Made by a program: the position numbers and the translations under genes. A stretch of DNA of 63,973 bases, the filler included, from Piptocephalis cylindrospora (taxonomy: Eukaryota): NCBI GenBank assembly GCA_003614145.1. It is 5 parts of 5 records of this genome, joined end to end, with 100 filler letters (N's around TTAATTAATTAA, not from the genome) between each part and the next. Parts side by side here need not be neighbours in the genome. Positions count along the whole stretch, not along the records: positions 1 to 12,998 come from KZ987951.1; 4 more parts are not named here. One strand, given 5' to 3'. The notes below the pieces were generated by a model. The model ran no database searches. It was not told the origin of the DNA and saw only the letters and a list, made by a program, of their open reading frames with translations. Below, one piece after another: positions 1 through 13,098 of the stretch. Each line of letters starts with the position of its first letter. Position 1 is the stretch's first letter.

Positions 1-87
1 CCGGCCGGAGGGTAAAGAAAGAGACAAAAAATGAAAAAAAAAAGAGGAAGTACAAGAAAATACTCATAACACGAGAAGAAAAAAAAG

Positions 88-122
<35 letters not shown>

Positions 123-182
123 TCGCGTATAAGTATTTTGGAAAGAGGATAATCTCTCGATGTGTTGTCACAACATGACTCA

Positions 183-2379
183 CCAGCAAAGCCAAAGGCA
201 ATGGCAGGACCTTGAGCTGTCTCCTCATCCCATCGGCCACTCTTGTCCAACTGGACAAAAATATACGTGAGCACTCGACCCATAATGTCCACTCGATCCA
301 CTGGCCAATACCGCATCTCCACCGTGATTGCATGAAGATGCTCAATGGCCTAGGGTGCACGATTAGTTATGTGAGAGAAAGGTATAGAAAAAGGAAAAGA
401 TGAAAATCCCAGAAATCACTCAGCCTACCTGTTGAATCGTGGTGGACGGTTGACCAAAGGACTCCGTTTGCTCTTCCTGCTCCATCGATTCGCACGTCAA
501 TGTAGAAGCATGTAAGCCCACCAGCCCCTACCAACCCAACCCAACCCTCACACAACTTACGTGAGTATACTGGGCGGATCGTAGGTTAATCACCTCAAGA
601 AGGCTGTTTCCCTTTCGCTGAGAGTACACCTCCCGCAAGGTGGCTGACATCCCGCTAATTCGGTGCCGAGTCCCATTGAATTCGGTCACAGGCCGGTTGT
701 ACAGATCAGAGAGTTGGGAGGCCAGGAAGGGAAGGGCCGAGTCACAAATGAAACGAGCATCACTCATCAGGAGAAACGTGTGTGTATCCGACAATGAGGC
801 ATTATCCTCTACGAATTGCACCACTCGACGGATGTACCCTTCGGCCAGGTTCCCAATGGTCCCCACCAGCTTCCCGTACAAGGATGGACTCTTGAGCAAG
901 GATAAGTCTCCCTCAAATTCTTTGAGTGCATGAAAGAACTTGGATGTACTGAGGGTGATGCTGAATTCTGGGGCCTCTGTCCGATGAGGAAGAGAATAAG
1001 GTATTAGGCCCCTCTGCACCCGTCTCCCCCCCCAGCCGTTGCCACACCTCTCACTTACCAGGACGGACATTGACAGAGATCTCCTCTAGCTCCTGAACCT
1101 TATGATTTTCCGTACATACCCGCTCATAGATGTTGATAGCGTCCAGGATGTTTTTTTCGAACATACTCTCCACCAAAAAGTCCAATTGAAGCCCTCCTTC
1201 CCGTAGCTAATGGGTGAAACGGTGCTGTTAGACGACTAGATAACCCCATATATCCCCTGATCCTCGCTCCAGACTATAGAGACCACATACAATCTTACAC
1301 TGCCCCATTACACACTGTAGGGCACCGGCGATCAGTTGAAAGCGTTGTTGCTCAAAAAACACCTTTCTACGGAAGGCCTCGGCAAACTGCTCAATCTCCC
1401 CCTTGACCCATTTCATAAACGCTGATCCAGAGAGCAGGACGAGAAGGTGAGTGGAGGAGTCGTTTTTCAAAAAGAACAAGACAGCTCACCAGAGGATAGG
1501 GTGGCATCCTTAAAAGTGGTGTTGTACCATTCCGAAGTGTTTCGGATCAGAGTAAAGGATACCATGGACAGTTCCCGCACATACTGCATCGGGTCAGCAT
1601 CATAGGCTAATTGGCTATCGGATTCACCATGGCCATGGGTGAGGAGGGTGTAAGTACACATATCTGGGTAAACCATCCCTTCTTTCCTCCCATCATCCTT
1701 TAACCCACCTCACACGCTGTCGAATGATGTGGCTTCGCGCAGAGAGAAATGACTCTCGGGCTTGCTCGTTCAGCCGTAGACGAAGCAGCCATCGGATATT
1801 CTGAATCAGCTGGGCCTTGGTGATGATCGGATTCTTAAAGTCTCGGGTAATGATAGTTCCCAGTCGACTGGTTTGCTCCTCCAGATTGTCCCCGAGTCTC
1901 TGGACCTGCTTGGAGCGCACTTTAATGCTCTTGAGGGCCACCCGAGCATTCTCAATGCACTCGACCGCATCATCAAACTCGCGATGGGCAATGTACACAT
2001 CTAGCTCATCGGTAATGTCCGCCAGCCACCGCAGCTCCCCTTGAAATACTTCCGATCCATCCTCCGGGGCTTCCACGTCGGGCCGATCTACGAAACTAGA
2101 GCTACTTCTCCCTGCTCGAAGGAGTGACAGGGCATCGGCATCCCTGCCTGGACCCCGACCCAAAATCTTGTCTCCGGTCCGACGAAGTTCGGCAATCACG
2201 TCACGGAGAGAGAGAACCTCGGTCTCCAGCTTGGAGATTTCCTTGGAGATGGCAATGAACTCGGTGTAGTTCTGGCATACCGTGGCCTGCAGTCGCTTCA
2301 CCGCCTCCTCTTTAGCCGACAGGAGTCCGGCATAGTGGGATCTGAGGGCTTCCTCATCCACATTACTAAGACTTTCCAT
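183..2379 (-). CDS. EXO84: Exocyst subunit Exo84 (multi-exon; start uncertain; 3' end probably runs past the poly-G tract/window start)
   Basis: N-terminal Vps51/Exo84-type coiled coil LQATVCQNYTEFIAISKEISKLETEV. Exo84 C-terminal helical repeats WLADITDELDVYIAHREFDDAV and YVRELSMVSFTLIRNTSEWY..SAFMKWVKGEIEQF. Exons in ORFs 1693-2493, 1467-1676, 1228-1479 and 528-1070 are separated by GT-AG introns. Confidence 0.85.
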
Positions 2380-2779
2380 TGGGAGGGAGCAAGGGGGAGT
2401 GGTGATGGAGGTGATGATGGAGGAAGAGGAGAAGGAGAGAGAAAAGCCGTTGTTAGTCCCAGAATACCCTTGTAACGAACGAACAGGGCTCACATACCAT
2501 GATGTATCTAATGATGCGGTGGGAGGATGCGCAGTTGGGAATCCAAGGGCCTCTACTGTTGTTGGGTGGGCGGACTAGGTCTATCAGGTACACATAGTAG
2601 GACTCCGCTGTCCGCAGACGAGTGAGGCCCCCTACACTGGCGTGTCAGCCTGGACGAGCTGTTGTGTGTGTTTGCTGTGGGAGACATGATCCATCCCCAT
2701 TTCTCCTCCTAGGTGTGCAGCAGTTGGTCTTGGACATTCACTTTTTCTTCAAGGTGTGTGCCGTCTACATTACCCAGAC

Positions 2780-3567
2780 GGCGAGCACAGTGGCCAATAC
2801 AATTTGTGAACAAGCTCTACGCGTCTATCTCTCGAGTCATCGGGAGAATAAGGCGGCGTTGAAGGTATGTGTGTAGTTGTGTAAAGGGGGGGGAGGGGGA
2901 AGGAGGTCAATGTAATTTTACTGATCTTATTCTCACGACCATACGATTACCAGTCGAGTACATGGTATGATGAAAGAGTCAAACGGGCCATGGCGAAGAA
3001 GGGAGATGTATTTGAGAAGTTTGGCGAATTGGCCAAGTAAACAGTGTGCTTCTTTTCTGTTGAGATGCTTTTCCGGATGCTCAAGTGGGAATAATTGGGA
3101 AAGAGTGACTTGAAGCAATCGTGTCAGCCTTCTCCTACTCCCCATATCTCTAACACAGAAGGTGACGCTGATGCGACGCATAACTCCCGTCTCCCATCAG
3201 ACCCGGGAATGTGGATTAACCCTCCGTTGGATAAGCGAGAAGCTGAGCACCTCGGTAGGAGCATGATGATGATCAATACCATGCGACATACCCTGGTCAA
3301 TGTGTCCACGCAAGCAACCCAGGCCCACGAGGAGATGAAAGATTCTATTCGTGTCTTGACTAGGCAGGTCCACGATCTATTCAAAGGTAGATAGGTAAAG
3401 GCAGAAATGAACCTTTCCGACCGTTAATCCAAACTTAATTTCTTCCATTTATCTCTCAATGCGGATAGACCTTGAGAATATCCGGATGTACTTGGCTTCC
3501 CACCCTATGGTAAACACTGAAAGTGGCACCGAGCCCTCTACTCCACCCTCTACCCAAACCAAATAGG
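2780..3567 (+). CDS. Small multi-exon hypothetical protein with a C-terminal coiled coil (start not determined)
   Basis: Exon-like segments bounded by GTATGT (2865) and other GT..AG sites: ASTVANTICEQALRVYLSSHRENKAALK / SSTWYDERVKRAMAKKGDVFEKFGELA / ORF 3095-3394 / DLENIRMYLASHP..TQTK*. Confidence 0.4.
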
Positions 3568-3999
3568 ATCATGAATCGCCTTGCATCCTGACCCCATAGT
3601 CAACCTCATCATTGCACATCAAACTCTACGGTTCGCTTTGCATCGTCTGTGCATATCGCTCCCAGCTTCCCTAGTCTGTAATCGTGTATTTCGGTGGGTG
3701 CACATGGGGAGCACACATACATACACTTCATACACGCACACTGCAAAGTATGGGAGGGGAAAGGGCACCACTGCTCACCGCACCATTCATCACAGAATCA
3801 CAGCGGTTTTCTTTTTTTCCAATGCCACCCACTCAACTCGCCTCTCCATTAAAACACAGAACTCTCAACAGGAAAGGATACATACAATTCACGTCTCTCC
3901 TCCCCTCCCTCCCTCATCCTTCCCCCTCCTTCCTTGTGTCTACTTTGTATCAACAAGGACCTTCCCCCTCCCTCACTTCCTCAATACCCATAACCAGAG

Positions 4000-6815
4000 A
4001 TGCCCCGTGAACAACGTCGTGGACGCCGTGGAAAGAAGCAGAGAAAGGAAGCTGCCAAGGCCGAGGAACGGGAGGAGCAATATCCCGCCGCCGCCAAGGT
4101 GGATTCCGCGACTCAGCCTGAACATCATCCCTCGGAGTATGGTGACGAGGGATTGGTGTATGAGGATGTAGGAGGAGAGGAAGGAGGAGTGGTGGACAAG
4201 GAGGGTCGGGAATGGAAGGCCAATGAGCCTAGTCAAATTTTCTACGGTCGAATGGATGCGGACATGCAAGGATACCTGAAGAAAGCGGAAGCACTTTTAG
4301 ATGAGACCGGAATTGAGGATGCAGAGGAGCAGGAGGCCTTCATCGCTAATGTCTTTGCTGAGGTCCGCGGCAAGGAACGGCTCCTGGCCACGGATCACGA
4401 GTGTTCTCGAATCCTGGAGAAACTTTTGCGGATTTCTCCTCCCTCGTGTGTCCTTGGGATTCTTGAGGCCTTTTCCGGCCATCTCCATCCCTTGGCCATG
4501 CATCGCTTTGCCTCCCATGTCGTTCAGACCGCCATCATCACCACAGGTAGATTAGCCTACCTGATGAATCATAATGGTGGAGATGCTCAGGTGAAGGTTG
4601 AGGGTGTGGACGCCAGTTCTCCCTTTACCAGTGCCGAATCGGCCATTGGGGAAGTTTGCAAGGTAAGCGCTTAGGATGGAAACCCCGCGTGGTATGTCCA
4701 AAGGAAGCGTTCCACTTATCTATACCTCTTGCCCCATCTACACAGGAATTAACCCCGCAATGGATTGCCATGATCAATGACCGGTTTGCCTCTCATGTCC
4801 TTCGTACTCTTCTGTGCATCCTGGGCGCCGCGGATCCTTCGGGCTCCCCCGGGGAGAGTCAGGGAACCTCAGGAGCCATGAGGAGTAAACGATCTCAAAA
4901 GTATAATGAGTCCGTCAACAATGCCTTTTCGGTAGGTCATAAGCAGGGGGCAAGGAGCTGTTCATATTTGGTCCCCTGTACATCCTATACTCACAACACT
5001 CTTCCCCATACGACTCTAGGTACCTTGGTCCACCCTTCGAAAGCGCGGGTCCATTCCCCCCTCCTTTCCGGATCTACTGGATGCCGGTCTCGATCGAATT
5101 ACCCTGGGTTTGAGTCAAGTGGAGATTCGTGCCTTCGCCCTTAGCCCGGTGGCCAATCCAGTTCTTCAGCTTATCCTGGGGCTCAAACCTCGAGGATCAT
5201 TTGAGGATGGAGAAGATTCCTTCCTCAATAAGCTTCTCATGGGCTTTATTGTGCCTCCTGAGAGTAAGTCATCTCTTGTTATTTTCTCTTATATCCGTCT
5301 TTACTTTAGACCTTAACCAACCATTTCATGAATCTCCTCTACCAGCGGAGTCTCCCCAGGACAAATTATCTAGGGATGCCTTCATGGACACGTTGATCAA
5401 GGATACAACCGGGTCTCATCTCTTTGAGGCTATTTGTCTCTCCAGCTCGGATGCACTGTACGCCAACATCTATACCACTTACTTTCGCTCTAAGCTTTCT
5501 CGTCTTTCCTTTCATCCCGTGGCCAACTTTGTGGTTCAAAAGCTCCTGGCTAATGTACGGAATGGCCCGCAATTTGAGCTGATGCTCGAAGAGCTACTCC
5601 CCGAATTTAACCATTTCCTGAGTAAGAAGCCCCTTTGTCCCGGTGGATTAATGAGGGTATGAACCAAAGATATTCATCTCATTCTCTTTTTTTTATTACT
5701 CTTAGTTGGTAACAAGACCGGGGTCCTCCGAAGCATCGTTGATGCATGCACCATCATTGGGGATTCATATAAGATGGTGATCCAGGGTCTATGTGACGCT
5801 TTCGGCCTTCGGACCTCGGATGAGCGGTTACATTTTGTGGATTGCATCCTCCATATGCTTTCGTATCCATCCTTGCTCGAGGTGAAGGCAGCAAAGGAGG
5901 AGGAGGAAGAGGAGGTGGTTGGGGGAAAACCCAAGATCCGGACCAATGTCCAGGGAGCCTTACTTCTGCAGTCTTTGGTTAAATTCCCCCAAGATCACAA
6001 TGCCATTGTGATCAGTAGTTTCTTGGCTGAGCCCGCGCAAATCCGCGTAGCCTGGTGCAAGGATCCTACGGCCTCCCGGGTCGTCGAATCCATCCTGGAG
6101 TCTCGTACTGTGGGCCTCAAGGCCAAGCGTCTCATCCTCACTGGATTCCTGGATCATTATCATGAGTTGGCCATGGATAAATTTGGCGGGCATGTAGTGG
6201 ATAAGTGCTGGGCCATGGCAGATTTAGAGATGAAGGTAAGAAGAAACCAGCTAAGCTTCTCTATTCCTTGATTCCCTTACTCATGACTCTAACTTACTTT
6301 GTTGGAAATTTTAGAGTAAAATTGCCGAGCAATTAGCATTCCATAGGATGGCCTTACAAAACTCCTTTCATGGCAAGTTCATTTTGAGGAACTGCCGGAT
6401 TGAGCAATACATCATGAAAAAGGGAGCCTGGGAAGAGATCCAGAAGGGGGCCGAGAGGAAGCGGGCGATGTTTGAGGATATTCTCGAGGGGGATAACTCC
6501 CCATCCCAGAGGGCCAAGGAGGCTCGGGTGGACAAGGAAATTGATCAGATCTTCCAGGGTGCCTCGACCAAGAACGGAAAGGGAATCGCATTGGCGCCCT
6601 TGGCTGCTGAGGTCAAGAAGGAAGAGGATAAAAAGCTCAAGAAAAAGAAGCGTAGTAAGAGCGAGACCGAGGTTGATTCGGTCCTCGAGGCCATTGCCGC
6701 TACAGGAAAGGGAGGGTCGGCAGGGAAGGATACGTCATCGAAGCGAAAGGTCAAGAAGGAACGGGATGAGGAGGGGAGGAAGAAGGCAAAGAAGCAGCGC
6801 AAGTTTGAGAGCTAG
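4000..6815 (+). CDS. NOP9: Nucleolar protein 9 (Pumilio/PUF-repeat 18S rRNA maturation factor), multi-exon
   Basis: Typical fungal N-terminus MPREQRRGRRGKK. PUF repeats CSRILEKL, HRFASHVVQT, DRFASHVLRT, GSHLFEA, HPVANFVVQ, ASRVVE, DKFGGHVVDKCW. Lys-rich C-tail. Confidence 0.93.
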
Positions 6816-6983
6816 ATGCGGATTCCGCCTTTTTCGTATAGAATTACTCTTTCGTTTTATTTCAAAATCCTGTTGGATTGGGTGAAAGGTGAAGGCTTCT
6901 TGCTTTTTCTCCATGAGTTTTTTTAAATCATTCAGCGATAACAATAAACTAAAACTCAAATTTATATTGATCAATTCACTATA

Positions 6984-7901
6984 TTACTCTGCATCTCCTT
7001 CACTAGTCTTGGATCCTTCCACGATCTTCCCGACAATGCCTTCAAAGACAGGCTTTAAAGGGGAGGCAACGAAATCCTGGAGGAGGGAGCCGGTCGACTC
7101 GGAGCCCTTACCGTCCAGAGTGGCTGTATAGGAAGGATCAAGGGGCACACGACCCAAAAAGGGAAGACCATATTCGGTGGCAAGAGATTCACCCCCTCCG
7201 GTGGAAAAGACATTCGAGCAATGAGTGCAGTGAGGGCACACATATCCGCTCATATTCTCCACGACTCCGGCAATGGCCAGGTTAGTCTTTCGGCAGAAAT
7301 CCACCTCTTTTCGCACATCAGACAAAGCTACGGCTTGAGGCGTAGTGACAATGACGGATTGAACATCAGGAGCCAAGCGAAGGTATTCCACCAGCGAAAG
7401 ATGCTCATCGGATGTTCCTATAGATGGATAGATGATGAGCATGATGGATAAGTAGAGGTGAGCTGGATCAGACTTACCAGGTGGAGTATCAATAACCAGA
7501 TAATCAAGGGGACCCCAAGCAACATCTTGAAAGAATTGCTTGATCATGGCGTTCTTTTTGGGACCTCTCCATACCACACTGTCCTTCTTGCTACCCAGGA
7601 GAAAGGCAATGCTCATGCACCCGAGTGGATGAGTGGCCGAGCTAGCGGAGACAGTCTCCTTGGTCTGGACTGGAGACCAACCCTGAGCAGACTGGTGGAT
7701 GGATTGGCCCTCCAGCCTGAGCATCCGAGGAAGGGAGGGGCCACACAGATCCACGTCCATAATCCCTACGCGCAGGCCCTGGGCTTGAAGGCCCAAGGCC
7801 AGGGAGACAGACACAGACGACTTGCCTACCCCGCCTTTCCCGGAAAGAACGACAAGGATGTGCTTGATAGATTTTAAACGGGTCTCTAAAGGATCTGACA
7901 T
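6984..7901 (-). CDS. CFD1: Cytosolic Fe-S cluster assembly P-loop NTPase Cfd1 (NUBP2); one in-frame 60-nt intron at 7418-7477
   Basis: SGKGGVGKSS Walker A, VVWRGPKK, DTPPG|TSDEH, VTTPQAVA, ENMSGYVCPHC. It lacks the N-terminal Cys cluster of Nbp35. The intron GTAAGT..TAG contains no stop. Confidence 0.95.
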   Translation of the reverse strand: MSDPLETRLKSIKHILVVLSGKGGVGKSSVSVSLALGLQAQGLRVGIMDVDLCGPSLPRMLRLEGQSIHQSAQGWSPVQTKETVSASSATHPLGCMSIAFLLGSKKDSVVWRGPKKNAMIKQFFQDVAWGPLDYLVIDTPPGKSDPAHLYLSIMLIIYPSIGTSDEHLSLVEYLRLAPDVQSVIVTTPQAVALSDVRKEVDFCRKTNLAIAGVVENMSGYVCPHCTHCSNVFSTGGGESLATEYGLPFLGRVPLDPSYTATLDGKGSESTGSLLQDFVASPLKPVFEGIVGKIVEGSKTSEGDAE

Positions 7902-9966
7902 GGGGGACCTGATGTGTAAAGGGGAGAAAGAAAAGACTGAGGGTATAGGCTTGCTTTGTGCTTTCTTATTTAGCCCTTTCTAAACTCTTTCTACATTTCC
8001 GAGAGTATGAAGCATGACGCGCTGACTAATCATCATAAGTTGTGTGGCCAGACATAGGCCTCAGGCTCGTCGAGTGCATGCAGCTGCTGCAATCTTTGGT
8101 GACTCCAGTCGTGCAGGATAAAGTCACAGGCATAGGAGGAGAGGACCTACATTATCTTTTGAGAGGCGTGGTCCAAATGGGTTCAACGCGCACTGATCGT
8201 ATTCATGTGCGCCAAGACATGTGAATATGAACATTTGCATATAGGATTATTTCGGTGGTTTAGTTTTAGCATAGCAATATAACTTGGATGAGAGGCAAGG
8301 AAAGTACGCGTCTCAAGACGAGGAAAAAGAGGGCCATGTATGAGCTATGCCTTCTCAGGGACAGGTAAAGAAAGCTCAGCATTGGCACCTCTTCCTTTGC
8401 CCCATTATCGTTGACGTAGCATACAAAAAGTATCCATAGCTCATCAAGTCAGACGCTGGTTCTTCCAGGAACGGATGCTTTTCAGAGCGTCCGTGATCAG
8501 CTCCTTAGTTACTTGTTCAAGAATATGAATAGAGTCTGTGGGGGCCTGGATGCCCAAGGTGAGGAGGGAGGGGAAAATTGGGGATACTATGGGTGTGAGG
8601 TTAGCAATCGAGGTGTGGTGGGGTGAAGGAAATGAGAAGTCTTGTGCGACTAGATGATTTCGGCAGAGGGGAGCAAAGGTCCTTATACGAGGGTAACACT
8701 GAAGGATACACCACTCAGTCCCCGGTTCCCTCACTTGTTTCCTTATTTTTCCCCTTCCACTTCTTGCTTGGATCATTGTGATTGGTCATACTGACGTGCA
8801 TTCATTCATCTATCCATCCATTCGTATACGAAAAGAATAAGAGAAGAGGGATATTCCTTTAAGCGAATCCTCACACTATCCGTAAGGATAAAATTAGAGC
8901 GACGTATGATAGATAGTAAGTGTTTCTGCTTGGTGTAAAAGGAGTGAGAGGATTAAGATTATTGAAATAATATATTGTGGAATGGAGGGCAAAATCTGAG
9001 TAGAAAAAATCCGATGAGGCCGGAGGGAAGATCACTGTAGGATTTTTGCAGCAAGGGATCGAGCATTCCCATCTTTCCTTTTCCTTCATTCTCAGACTGT
9101 TCGTAGTACACCGATCCATTATCTGTGACCAGAAGCTGAGTATCGTATTGTCAGTAGCAATGTGTAGAGATATCTATTGACAGGGAATCACACATCCAGT
9201 CAATCTCTAGTAATTCTTTGATAAGCCGTGTAAGCTACTTTAAGATAACGATAATCGTTTAGTCGTAACGTTAGGTCAGGTTACGCGACACTTGGTTTGA
9301 AAGTTTGAATTACTCTTTTTAGCTGACATGATGAGGTATAGTCCGTGGCAAAACTAGGCACTTTTGTTTAGCACCGATACTTGCACAGCAAGCCAACTAA
9401 ACCAACTGGTTCATTAAACTGACCACAACTTAACTTTAGCTAATCATAATCTCATCCAGGTTATTGGAAGTGGTCTGTGTAAGCCTTTTTACCGCACTAA
9501 CTAGATAAAGGTGAGGTTGGCGAAGGTTCAAGCTGGGTCTTATCCTGGTCGCCGATATGGGATGAGCGGAGCTAGCGGTATGGAAGATCAGTGTTAGACT
9601 ATGACTCGCCTCGCATAGCAAGCGGGATGGAGGGAATATATTGTTTTATGCCCATGAACTTCCCCACATACATACATGTACTCTCTCTCTCACGTACACA
9701 TATATGCACCCTCAGACCGTGGGGAGCATGGCGTCATGATCCACAAAGAGTAAGCTAGACTGTCCGTGAGAATCATCCTATAAGAACATGAGGAGAAGGA
9801 TAGAGACTGGGGTTCCCCCTTCACTCTCCTCCCCATCTCATTCATCTTTCTTGACCACACAGTAACCACATAGTAATCTTTATCCACTTTCTATTTTTCC
9901 TTCCCTCTTGGTATCTCGCCGTGCTTCTCTCTATTCTCATCCAACTCCTCTTCAGCGCTTGCCTCC

Positions 9967-12953
9967 ATGCCCTCGAGCCCTCAAGGATCTGGTCTTGTCG
10001 TCCGTTCCCCTCGGTGTGTATCCCTACCCCAGCCCCATCCTGATGCTCTGCCTGACCCAATTCTTCCTCTGGAACATCGACAAGAAAATTGGGCCGTTGT
10101 GCTGTAAGTCCTTAGGATCCTGAGATGACCTGACCTGAGAAGAATAGCATATTGCTAATGCTCACTCATAATATACCCCTTTATAAAATTCAGGAGAAAC
10201 GCAAATACAGGAAATGTTGTCCGATACAACCCGGACCGTGATCAATTCATGGCCAATGCTCAGGTGAGTAGAGAGGCTAAGATGGGATCAGTTTGGCACA
10301 ACAACCTCCCATCCGATGCACCATGATAAAGGGCATATGAAGCTATACCATTCCCCTCCACAATCATGCTCTCAACTAAACATATCTCCTAATGGTTAAA
10401 GGTGACTGCAGAGACTGAGAGAGCTGGGACAAGGCCGAGGATGACATCATGTCCCTACTGTCACCGGCCTTTCTCGGATCAATTCATGACCAGAACCCCC
10501 GAGCCCTTGAGTGGTAGAAATGATGAGTCACCTAGTCCTCCGCATGGCTCATGGAGCTGGGCTGAGGGGGACCAATCCATCCCTAGCTACTTTCGTATCC
10601 TTGCCGACACGTATAGGTATGGTTTGTATCATGCATCTTTTTATTTGACTTATTGCCCGCTCACTACCGCCCCTACCCTTCTTCTGTAACGACACTACGT
10701 AGTACAACCTCGACCCCACGACCCTCCTCTCCTACAAGTACAGAAGGGGAAGATTCGAGCGGAGTAGCAGCAGAAACCACGGAGAATGGGGTCCCCGGGG
10801 AAAGATCCGGTCTCTCCAGTAGTTCCTTCAACCAGGGCTACTACGCTCGGTTCTTCCGAGAGGAGAGGATGCTTGGACGAGGATATCGAGGTAGTGTGTT
10901 CCTCTGCCAGCACATCCTTGATTCGGTTCCTCTCGGGCAGTATGCCATTAAAAAGGTTGCCATTGGAGATAACCACACCTGGTTGGCAAGGATGCTCCGA
11001 GAGATTGACTTATTGGAGAGGCTACGCCATCGTCATGTCATTGAGTATAAGCATGTGTGGATTGAGTCTCATCAGCTCTCCAGGTTTGGTAAGTATGCTA
11101 TCCTGGAAATTCTCATTGTGTAATCCTCTTTGGGAAAGTGCTCCTATCCGCTCGCGGGATAATGCTTGGCTCATTATTTCTCCAATCCTCTCTAGTGCCC
11201 GCTGTCCCCTGCCTGTTTATTCTCATGGAGTTTGCAAATGGAGGCAACTTGGAGGAATTTGTGGAGAAGAGAAAGGAAGGGGCGATCCGAGGCCCCTCTC
11301 GGTATGCAGATGGCAAGGAGGAAGAGTTCATCTCCTTAGAGGAAGCCAGGGGGTTCATGAAGGACATGTGTTCTGGTTTGCAACATCTCCATACTCATGG
11401 GGTGATTCATCGGGATTTGAAACCTGGAAATGTTCTTCTTTCCTTTGATCACGGGGATGGATCATCGAGGTGAGATATCCTGGAGCATCTTGGTACTGAA
11501 CAGCGACTTATACTCCTTTCCTTGCGGAACTTAGGCCAAGAGCTATGCTGACGGACTTTGGGGAGGGGGTCATTGCCTCTGCTGCTGGAAAGACCGCTAT
11601 GACTTCCTCGGGGGAGGATGGTATAGGAGAAGATACCCTGGGGACACCCGAGTACATGCCTCCTGAGCTGATTGGTCCGGGTAAGTTGTACACGAGGCGA
11701 ATGGATATGACACAGGATGGCCTTTTAACTCACCCATTCCTTTCCTATGAGTAAGATGCTTTCAAGAGAAGGATCAGACCTTCCGTAGACTTATGGTCCT
11801 TGGGCATGAGCTTTTACTTTCTTTGTTTCTCCCGACTTCCTTGGTCGCAGGTGGAGGAAGTGGATGCGTTGATCCAAGAGATCCAAGAATTTCCTGGGTA
11901 CATTATGTTATCTTTTTCTGTTATATTTTAATCCATATGCCTCATCCCAACCACGCCATCCCTCTTTTAGTTGGTCTGGGGACGATCCTATTGTTCACGG
12001 AGGTCGAGAGATCCCGCGAGAGTGGAAGAGAATACTTCAAGGCTTGGTGGCTCTCAAACCGTCCAAGAGGCTACCGATTCCTGACGTGATCAGACTACTG
12101 GATGCCTCTAATAACTTGGTAAGATTAGACCAGGAGGGAGTATATGTGGCACCTTGGATGATCCTTTCTCATCGAAAGCCTCATGATTACACTCCGATTC
12201 CCAGGGAGAGGAGGATGTTAGGGTGGAAACGGCACCAGATAAAAGAAAGCCGTGCAATGGGCCAAGTTCCCATGAGGATGAGGGCCTTCATCTTAGGGTC
12301 GATAGGGAACATCAACCCCCTGGTCCCCTTCTACCTCCATCCCGCCGTCCATCTCTCATTCTCCCGCCCACTACCACTGCGGATTCCTTGGATATGGCCA
12401 AGGTAATGATTGGATGAGGAGACTCAATAAGAGGATCATGTAAGCCAGTCTTTTCTATAATCTCAACTCGCCCTTCCCATTAGACGATGAATCAAATCAA
12501 CCCATGGACCGGCTATCACGGAGGAAAGCCATGGCCCCTCGTTCTCTTTTCCTTGTGTACCTATGTATGTGCAGTACTAGAAAAGCTTAATTTATACTCG
12601 CGAGATATCCTAGTCGCTTCCTAACCACCCTATCCTTGATCATCGTTAGATTTTTATCCACATCCAATGCTACCCTTACCAAGCGAGTCCTACCTCCCTC
12701 ACACTTTTTTCCCTTGGGTTGAGTATCTTGTGGATATGCTCGAAGAATTGGCTCTCAGGGTACGTGGGGAACTTCTTTGTCCCCTCTTGTTTTAATGATG
12801 TATCCAATCTCATGGGCTTTCTTCTTGCTCCTCTTCATCCATAGTCACCGGGTCATCCCAACCCTTATTTTGACCCTTCTCCCAGCCATCTTCATCATCT
12901 GGGCCTGGCCAATCACCCAAATGTGCATTCAAGAGGGGACTCTAGGCCATTAG
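9967..12953 (+). CDS. IKS1: IKS1-family Ser/Thr protein kinase, multi-exon, with a hydrophobic C-terminus
   Basis: CPYCHRPF; FNQGYYARFFREERMLGRGYRGSVF; YAIKKVAIGDNHTWL; PCLFILMEFANGGNLE; HRDLKPGN; DFGE; GTPEYMPPE. Stop TAG at 12951-12953 after splicing. Confidence 0.85.
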
Positions 12954-12998
12954 ATAAAACCTCACCCTCCTTAATAAAGTGGTATGTTGATGGGCTTG

Positions 12999-13098
12999 NN
13001 NNNNNNNNNNNNNNNNNNNNNNNNNNNNNNNNNNNNNNNNNNTTAATTAATTAANNNNNNNNNNNNNNNNNNNNNNNNNNNNNNNNNNNNNNNNNNNN
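12999..13098. other. Artificial contig linker N44-TTAATTAATTAA-N44
   Basis: Identical 100-nt spacer with stops in all six frames, repeated four times in the window. Confidence 0.99.

Noticed and set aside
92..122. Long poly-G tract (and poly-C at ~63726-63761) giving poly-Pro/Gly ORFs
   Set aside because: Homopolymers near window/contig ends with garbled flanks; likely sequencing or assembly noise.
8444..8790. Possible small spliced minus-strand gene between CFD1 and IKS1
   Set aside because: Exon-like pieces only; no recognisable domain or secure gene model.
13043..13054. TTAATTAATTAA palindromic motif recurring about every 13 kb
   Set aside because: Synthetic six-frame-stop linker between concatenated contigs; ORFs ending XXX-LIN are artefacts.
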